A stretch of DNA of 63,710 nucleotides, filler included, from Nemertoderma westbladi (taxonomy: Eukaryota > Animalia > Xenacoelomorpha): NCBI GenBank assembly GCA_032718475.1. It is 4 parts of 4 records of this genome, joined end to end, with 100 filler letters (N's around TTAATTAATTAA, not from the genome) between each part and the next. Parts side by side here need not be neighbours in the genome. Positions count along the whole stretch, not along the records: positions 50,648 to 57,527 come from JAUCBJ010003637.1; positions 57,628 to 63,710 come from JAUCBJ010005262.1; 2 more parts are not named here. One strand, 5' to 3'. Every line of letters begins with the position of its first letter. The first letter of the stretch is position 1. A model generated the notes under the pieces. That model did not search any database. It was not told the origin of the DNA and saw only the letters and a list, made by a program, of their open reading frames with translations. Below, in pieces: positions 55,893 to 63,710 of the stretch. The position numbers and the translations under genes were made by a program.

Positions 55893-57527
55893 ACAAGTGA
55901 GCAAAAGTACAATACTACTGTACCAAGTGAGTAAAATTATAATACTGTACCAAGTGAGCAAAAGTATAATACTGTACCAAGTGAGCAAAAGTATAATACT
56001 GTGCCAAGTGAGCAAAAGTAAAATACTGTAGCAAGTGAGCAAAAGTATAATACTGTACCAAGTGAGCAAAAGTATAATACTGTACCAAGTGAGCAAAAGT
56101 ATAATACTGTACCAAGTTAGCAAAAGTATAATACTGTGCCAAGTGAGCAAAAGTAAAATACAGTACTGTACCAAGTGAGCAAAAGTACAATACTGTACCA
56201 AGTGAGCAAAAGTATAATACAGTACTGTACCAAGTGAGCAAAAGTACAATACTGTACCAAGTGAGCAAAAGTATAATACTGTACCAAGTGAGCAAAAGTA
56301 TAATACTGTACCAAGTGAGCAAAAGTATAATACTGTGCCAAGTGAGCAAAAGTAAAATACAGTACTGTACCAAGTGAGCAAAAGTACAATACTGTACCAA
56401 GTGAGCAAAAGTATAATACTGTACTGTACCAACTTAGCAAAAGTATAATACAGTACCAAGTGAGCAAAAGTATAATACTGTACCAAGTGAGCAAAAGTAC
56501 AATACAGTACTGTACCAAGTGAGCAAAAGTATAATACTGTACCAAGTGAGCAAAAGTACAATATAATACTGTACCAAGTGAGCAAAAGTATAATACAGTA
56601 CCAAGTGAGCAAAAGTATAATACTGTACCAAGTGAGCAAAAGTATAATACAGTACTGTACCAAGTGAGCAAAAGTACAATACTGTACCAAGTGAGCAAAA
56701 GTATAATACTGTACCAAGTGAGCAAAAGTATAATACAGTACTGTACCAAGTGAGCAAAAGTACAATACTGTACCAAGTGAGCAAAAGTATAATACTGTAC
56801 CAAGTGAGCAAAAGTATAATACAGTACTGTACCAAGTGAGGAAAAGTACAATACTGTACCAAGTGAGCAAAAGTATAATACTGTACCAAGTGAGCAAAAG
56901 TACAATACTGTACCAAGTGAGCAAAAGTATAATACTGTACCAAGTGAGCAAAAGTATAATACTGTACCAAGTGAGCAAAAGTATAATACTGTACCAAGTG
57001 AGCAAAAGTATTATACAGTACTGTACCAAGTGAGCAAAAGTACAATACTGTACCAAGTGAGCAAAAGTATAATACTGTACCAAGTGAGCAAAAGTACAAT
57101 ACTGTACCAAGTGAGCAAAAGTATAATACTGTACCAAGTGAGCAAAAGTATAATACTGTACTGTACCAAGTGAGCAAAAGTATAATACAGTACTGTACCA
57201 AGTGAGCAAAAGTACAATACTGTACCAAGTGAGCAAAAGTATAATACTGTACCAAGTGAGCAAAAGTATAATACTGTACCAAGTGAGCAAAAGTATAATA
57301 CTGTACCAAGTGAGCAAAAGTATAATACAGTACTGTACCAAGTGAGCGAAAGTATAATACAGTACCAAGTGAGCAAAAGTACAATACAGTACTGTACCAA
57401 GTGAGCGAAAGTATAATACAGTACCAAGTGAGCAAAAGTACAATACAGTACTGTACCAAGTGAGCAAAAGTATAATACTGTACCAAGTGAGCAAAAGTAT
57501 AAATACTGTACCAAGTGAGCAAAAGTA
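55893..57527. repeat. 27-bp satellite (with 33-bp variants), runs to contig end
   Basis: Unit CAAGTGAGCAAAAGTATAATACTGTAC, with a 6-bp internal duplication variant. Confidence 0.97.
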
Positions 57528-57627
57528 NNNNNNNNNNNNNNNNNNNNNNNNNNNNNNNNNNNNNNNNNNNNTTAATTAATTAANNNNNNNNNNNNNNNNN
57601 NNNNNNNNNNNNNNNNNNNNNNNNNNN
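57528..57627. other. Artificial contig linker / assembly gap
   Basis: Ns flanking TTAATTAATTAA. Confidence 0.97.
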
Positions 57628-58364
57628 GTCTACACTAATTACTTTCGGAAAGCACTGTACACTAAACCCTAAGTTAGGTACGAGCACTTGTACAACATAT
57701 AATCAGTAGTTAAATATACTTGAACAGTTAAAAGAACCACGGCATCTGCTGGAGTGACCGGTCCTTACCAGTCTTTACCTACGCCAAGCAGCCCGTGTAG
57801 TACCGGGGTTAATTTAACTATAACGGTATGTACAACAAACACAATTACCGTAGGAACAAACTTGGGGAATGAATGTTGCGAATAATCGCATAAACTCTGA
57901 ATAATAAATATTACGCTACGCGTACAAACTACTCAAACAAAATGCAGACCAAATACTGACAGACTACTATCAAGCCTAAACAAACTACAGTATATGCAGA
58001 CTCCAAAATGATTAGTTAGTATGCGTTCTAACCCAGTAGCACGACTTATTCTTTAGTTGGGGGTTTACCTTACAGCTTTTTGCTGCCCCTACTTCCTAAC
58101 CGTTCTTTATCGGACAGGTGATCTACACACACTGCAATCCGTTCAGACTTAACAGCAATCAGACAACAGCTCAGCCTACAAATTGTCTGTACAATCTGAT
58201 CAGGCTTACACGCCTTCTGTTCAATACTGGCCTACAAACAAATAAAACCGACAGAAACAAGTAAAATCTCAATAAAAAACCAGGGCGGCCGTCCCTGATT
58301 AATTATTAAGGCCTACCGGTATATAACTATCAAAATCGAATAATACTAATGTACTTATACTGGA

Positions 58365-58490
58365 AGTACCGGTTAGGACAGTTGGGCCTACTGACCTACA
58401 GAAGTACCGGTTCTGGCAGTTGGACCTACGGGCCTACAGCAGTACCGGTTCTGGCAGTTGGGCCTACTGACCTACAGATGTACCGTTCAG
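58365..58490. repeat. Short ~39-bp tandem repeat (~3 copies)
   Basis: AGTACCGGTTCTGGCAGTTGGGCCTACTGACCTACAG-like units. Confidence 0.7.
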
Positions 58491-59843
58491 GTTTACCGGT
58501 TGACCGGTACTTTCAACTTTATTGCTTAGGCCTACTGCAATAAAGAAGCTATATCCGTTATTGTTCGCGCTTTCAGACCTTTGGCAGTTTAACCCGCCAA
58601 ATTATGATGACTTCTAGATAATAAATCACCTTTAGCCTATGACAAGTATTTTATTCACTACACTAGTCGAAACCAATCTGTGCGCGATCATTCACCCGCT
58701 GGATATACCCGGGAGATTGGGTTCGACGGCTTAATCTTATTGCTATGTAAGCCTAATGTATTATTCGACTGACAGTATTATATAATCTCTGACAATATTA
58801 TTCACCTTCGGGGAATTTTAACAGTTCCTTTAGGACGTGGCGCTCTATTTATACAAACAGAGTTATGACTTAAACTACTCACAACGATATGGCTTAGTTA
58901 TAATTCACATATATGGCGCATTCTTTAGGAAATGCTTCGTTATCAGGTTCACTCATACACAATGCTGCACAATACTGCACACTAATCTGCCGATCTTCAC
59001 TGATTTTAGTCACATATAAAAGGAACACGGACCGAATCATGTAGGGTCTATCAAATAACATTAGATTCACTTCAAACCACTTTAACATAAGTCACAATTG
59101 TTATATGTAACCCTTCTCTCTTACCTTCGGTATATCAAGAATATTGGGTTTCGGGGTTATTTATCGTTATTCCAAATATAATAATTCATCAACCATATTA
59201 TGAAGAACTGACAGTAAATAGCAGTATAACAATATAAAGTATGCACAGGTTGTTTGATTAGGTATGGTATGTTATGTTGTGATAAATGCAGTGATCAGAC
59301 ATCAGATAACGGATATATGTCCTTATAATTAAGCCTACTAGTGTAGGGCTAAAGCCGTTCTTCCTGGCTTAGAATCACCAACAACACTAAAAACTGAAAA
59401 AGAATAACTATAAGAATACCAGCTACCCTTATTCTACAAAGATCTCACCCACCACAGAGAATGAGCATACAGATAGGAAATTCAGTTCAGTAGATCTATG
59501 ATAGGTCAAAATCAAAACCAACTCAAATCCTATTGGCAGATACAGAAGGCAGGGCTATGGGGCAACGTGGTAATATCAGCCGTTAGCCGTCGTCATGGTA
59601 GCGACACTGTTTTCAAGAGTATCGAGCTTTTACGTCACGAAATTGCAGATTATGTCCTCTAAAGTACAAATACAGAAGAAATGGCTTTTATGTCCTCCAA
59701 AACACCAGTACAGCAAGGACACGGCCCTTTTATGCCTGGTAAACCAACCACAGAGTACTTTACGGGGATAATAACCGGCTAATTACGCAAAAGCTTTTAC
59801 AACTATTCAGCTAACATACAACCCTAAATGTAATGATAATCAA

Positions 59844-60896
59844 ATGGTGGAAATAAGTGAAAGTGAAGAGAATGTGGAAACTGAAACTGAACCTGGACAA
59901 GACATAGCAACCCACAGTCGAGACAGTATCGTTAATCACAATACATCCACACTGACATCTAATAATAGTGAGGTTGCGCCCATTCCATTTATAACTATGG
60001 AAACTGATACAGACAGTAGTGACGATAATATTATCGACTTAACTACAGCAGATGAAGATGTGTCCCCACATGCGGGAGATGTGAGCCTAAAAAATATTTT
60101 AGGCAAGTGGGAAGTGACAAGATGTGATACAGAAGTGGTGGAGGAAATGGCCATTAAATATGACTACATTACTGATGACATAAATGAATACCAGCTTGTG
60201 CGCGTGCTACGTGCTACACTATTTACTGATTTAATGTCGAAGTTAGACAAAATTGACCCTCAGAAAAAAATAAGGGTGAAATATCATGGTGGTGGTGAGA
60301 AAGGACAGGATTATGGAGGTCTGAGGCGGGATTTGTTAGGAAGTGCAAAAGTGGCTCTCTACAATTCATCATTGTTTAATGAAATTGATAATTTTATTAT
60401 TCCTGTGTCTGTCAATGTGATGGGCATAATTAATTTGAGCTTCTCTAAAGTGGGGAAATTGGTAGCATTGTGCTATCTGCACGGAGAGCAGTTTTTCAGA
60501 ATATTGCATCCAGTGGTTGCAGATTTTATTTGTTTCGACTCTGCTCATCTTAAAGAGATTGTTTTTCAACATCCTCAACTAAGGGATAATATTGCAACTA
60601 TGGCCTTAAGAGAACGTGACGAGTTGACAGAGGGTGTGAAAGACGAGGCGTTAGATCTAGGCTTACTCCCGCCTACTTCTGATTGCAGCCACGCTGATAA
60701 AGAAAACTTTCTCGTAAACCTTTTCAATGCGAAAATAATCATTGCGAATGCAGCTGCAATAAACCAATTAAAGACAGAAATTTTACGGTATCTAGGCAAT
60801 GTTCCAAAGCCGATATTATTTAAGTTTTTGTGTTCTGCTCCTGTTAGTAGGATTTCAGACACATTTGACAATGCTACTATTATGAATCTATTATGA
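59844..60896 (+). CDS. HECT-like (G2E3-type) ubiquitin-ligase N-lobe protein, C-terminally incomplete
   Basis: Acidic N-terminus with IIDLT, then IRVKYHGGGEKGQDYGGLRRDLL and FSKVGKLVALCYLHG, typical of the HECT N-lobe. No C-lobe or catalytic Cys before the stop. Confidence 0.7.
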   Translation: MVEISESEENVETETEPGQDIATHSRDSIVNHNTSTLTSNNSEVAPIPFITMETDTDSSDDNIIDLTTADEDVSPHAGDVSLKNILGKWEVTRCDTEVVEEMAIKYDYITDDINEYQLVRVLRATLFTDLMSKLDKIDPQKKIRVKYHGGGEKGQDYGGLRRDLLGSAKVALYNSSLFNEIDNFIIPVSVNVMGIINLSFSKVGKLVALCYLHGEQFFRILHPVVADFICFDSAHLKEIVFQHPQLRDNIATMALRERDELTEGVKDEALDLGLLPPTSDCSHADKENFLVNLFNAKIIIANAAAINQLKTEILRYLGNVPKPILFKFLCSAPVSRISDTFDNATIMNLL

Positions 60897-61015
60897 ATTA
60901 AAGTTAAATGTTTTTAATAACATAATATTAATGGTGAGAATCACAAATCATATGCAACAAGTTTCTACACTGCAAATATAACTCTATGCCAAAATTATCA
61001 CTAAACACAGTAGGA

Positions 61016-61552
61016 TCAGGTACTAACTACTTCCGAAAGCTGCTGTAATATTAGATCGGGTGATTCTTGCAGCGTAATATCGAATACTTCTACGACTGAC
61101 TCATTCTCCTCTACAATAGGCCCCTGCCAATCTATGCCATATAACTCATTAAAGTCTGTATCATCATTCAGCAGGTCATCCGGATATCGAAGACGACTGT
61201 TAATGAATATTTGCCTTGGGCACCAGTTTCTTTCTGTTCGTAAACCATGCAGATTCCAAGCTTGCACGAAATCACTGAGAGCACAATTAATTCTTGGTTT
61301 ATATATATACTGCAGAGCATATAAGTCAATCTTACACTCTGGGTTCAATCGGCCAGTTTCTTCGAGCCAATAGAAAAGGTTATAAAATACTTGATTAACT
61401 ACTCTAAATACATCCCTCCAGAGCCTCTCTATGCGTTGATTATGCACGCTTTTGCCTGCAATATAACTTCCACGTCCGACTCCGCGAGAACTGATCATAT
61501 ATTCTGCAATTTTACGATTTTCTCCTCCCTTATCGCCCCTCACGCGTGAAGG
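61016..61552 (-). pseudogene. Integrase-core (DDE) transposase, 5'-truncated
   Basis: [55 protein letters not shown]. The upstream half is replaced by a tandem array. Confidence 0.85.
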
Positions 61553-61559
61553 GGTTAAG

Positions 61560-62132
61560 TATTAATAATTAAGTATTACTGAAAGATAATCACTGAAAGA
61601 TAAATACGTTACTGAAAGATAATTAAGTATTACTGAAAGATAATCCAGTAAATACTGAAAGATAATTCAGTAAATACTGAAAGATAATTCAGTAAATACT
61701 GAAAGATAATCACTGAAAGATAAATACGTTACTGAAAGATAATTAAGTATTACTGAAAGATAATCACTGAAAGATAAATACGTTACTGAAAGATAATTAA
61801 GTATTACTGAAAGATAATCCAGTAAATACTGAAAGATAATTCAGTAAATACTGAAAGATAATTCAGTAAATACTGAAAGATAATCCAGTAAATACTGAAA
61901 GATAATTCAGTAAATACTGAAAGATAATTCAGTAAATACTGAAAGATAATTCAGTAAATACTGAAAGATAATTCAGTAAATACTAAAAGATAATTCAGTA
62001 AATACTGAAAGATAATTCAGTAAATAGTGAAAGATAATTCAGTATTACTGAACGATATTGTAGAACACTGAAAGATATTAATTATTACTGAATGTAAATT
62101 TATACTGAATAAAAAATATTAAAACACTGAAT
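61560..62132. repeat. ~22-bp self-complementary subterminal tandem array
   Basis: TACTGAAAGATAATTCAGTAAA (TACTGAA..TTCAGTA hairpin), decaying toward the TIR. Confidence 0.9.
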
Positions 62133-62491
62133 ATTGACCCTAAAGAGACGCCATATGCTATGTTGCTTAATTAAGTCTAATTGAATTTACATTGATGCCT
62201 TTTTGCCAATGTCACATAATTCGATATTTTCCCTTTTTAAATCGTGTCCATGACTAAAAAAGTGGCTTAATTTCACAACGTGTATTGAATTGCTCCTCTA
62301 ACTCAGCTATAGTAATGGACAGGTGGAATAAGGTTCTCGGTTGTAAACTTAGGAATTTGTCCATCAATCCGTATATTGGAGATTGAAAAAATTCATCTGG
62401 TAAAAATACATTGGGTCAATAATGGTAAGTTATTGATAAAATCTTGTAAGTTGTGTGTTCTTTGCCAATAAATTGTTCGTTTTCATCAAAG

Positions 62492-62684
62492 GTGTGTCGG
62501 TAACTGTTTCAGTTCTGACGCTTGTCGTCATATCAGCGGAACGTTGGCTGGGAATTTGTCACCCTTTTAGGGCTCGTCGGTTTCAGAGTTTACGACGCGC
62601 CTACTACGCCGTGGGTATAACCTGGTTGATCGGGATTACACTATCGATTCCTTTTGGCGTCGTAAATGGAGTCCACCCTATTGG
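62492..62684 (+). CDS. Internal exon (TM3-TM4) of a rhodopsin-class neuropeptide GPCR, CCK/sulfakinin- or orexin-receptor-like
   Basis: tttcatcaaag|GT GTG..VSVTVSVLTLVVISAERWLGICHPFRARRFQSLRRAYYAVGITWLIGITLSIP..|gtaagt. Confidence 0.8.
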
Positions 62685-63710
62685 GTAAGTTACTGTACCT
62701 GTTTTCAAACTTAGATAGATAGATTTTTATTTTATATTTTTAATATTTTATATATTTTTTAGATAGATGTTATTAGATTATTTTATTTTATTACATAAAT
62801 AAATTCCTAATGTAAAATAAGCACGGAGGCAGCCTAACTTGGCATAATAGTTAAATCAGCTTTCCTCTCTGGGGAGTATAGTTCTGAGGCAAACGCACTG
62901 GAAACAAATTTGAGCGTTATGCCTGGCTTAACGACCTAAGAAAACTGTTCTTTCTTCTTTTACTTCAGTAGTTCAACCCAAAAGATTTCACCTTCAAATG
63001 GAAACCGATGAGCTAATAACTTAATTGATTGCATTACGCCAATAATACCCAGCACAGCACATCAAACGAATACCCAAACTGAATGGGTTGACCGGCGACC
63101 CCCCCTAGGTAAACAGTTGGGCGCCCCACAGCTGCTTCCTGTATGACACTAATTAATAACAATACTGTAGATTACGACTCTAAATACCGGAAATTAACTT
63201 AAATTTTTGGTCAAAAGCCGCAGCCTTACCCTAACCTTAGGCCTACTGTGAAAAATAACCTGTGGTGTGGTGAACGGGCATTATTATCTTGCTTAATTAA
63301 AAAGCATAAAATATACTCTCATTAATTTCGCCATTGTGTATTTTTTAGTTTTTATTTAGTAATTCTTTGGGATGATGCAACTCGAATGGCATTATGGAAT
63401 TGAAATAGCAATGATATTGAATCCGCGTAAACAATATACTGTACCTAATATACAATATACCGTTTACCAGTTGCTGTGCGGTAGTAACCTATTTGCTTAT
63501 ACTAGTACTTTTGCAGTTCTTTACTACAGTGGTTCCTTCCAGTTTCTGTTGTCACTGACCAAACCTGGCGAACTGCACAAATAAATACAATGAAAATGCT
63601 TTGAAATAAGCTTCAAAGCTTTAGGAGTAATCGTTGGACAACGACATACATTGCGTTTTATAATAGTTCCCATATGTTTAAAATGCAATCCAGATATTTT
63701 CAAAAAAAAT

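Larger units (their letters stand above)
58912..62155. mobile_element. IS3EU-like eukaryotic DNA transposon remnant (integrase core + HECT-like ORF)
   Basis: Imperfect TIRs TATGGCGCATTCTTTAGG (58912) and, reverse-complemented, TATGGCGTCTCTTTAGG (62155) enclose two convergent ORFs. No TSD seen. Confidence 0.65.

Noticed and set aside
55845-57522. 549-aa and other hydrophobic repeat ORFs
   Set aside because: Translations of the 27/33-bp (3n) satellite, open in all three minus frames.

Overview
Animal (very probably invertebrate bilaterian) genomic DNA. It consists of four segments joined by artificial 100-bp N44-TTAATTAATTAA-N44 linkers (19377-19476, 50548-50647, 57528-57627), so adjacency across the linkers is not guaranteed. 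Segment 1 holds an apparently intact RTE-clade LINE ORF (minus strand, runs off the window start) abutting a ~15-kb 69-bp satellite with higher-order duplications. A 5'-truncated CRE-like LINE with a 13-bp TSD is inserted in the satellite at the same monomer position as the RTE junction. The segment ends in an inverted pair of minimal hammerhead-ribozyme-like motifs. Segment 2 holds 11 coding exons of CNOT3 (minus; NOT-box exons not seen). Its introns contain foldback/MITE elements with internal tandem arrays, an array of ~37 copies of an exon-end plus splice donor, and a nested antisense tRNA-Arg(TCT) and two-exon DBNL/Abp1 gene. Segment 3 holds intronless PEX12 and DNAJB13 head-to-head with an RFX X-box, plus a 27-bp satellite. 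Segment 4 holds an IS3EU-like DNA transposon remnant (integrase core plus convergent HECT-like ORF, TATGG...CCATA ends) and one exon of a CCK/sulfakinin-type neuropeptide GPCR. All calls were read by eye; no searches were run.
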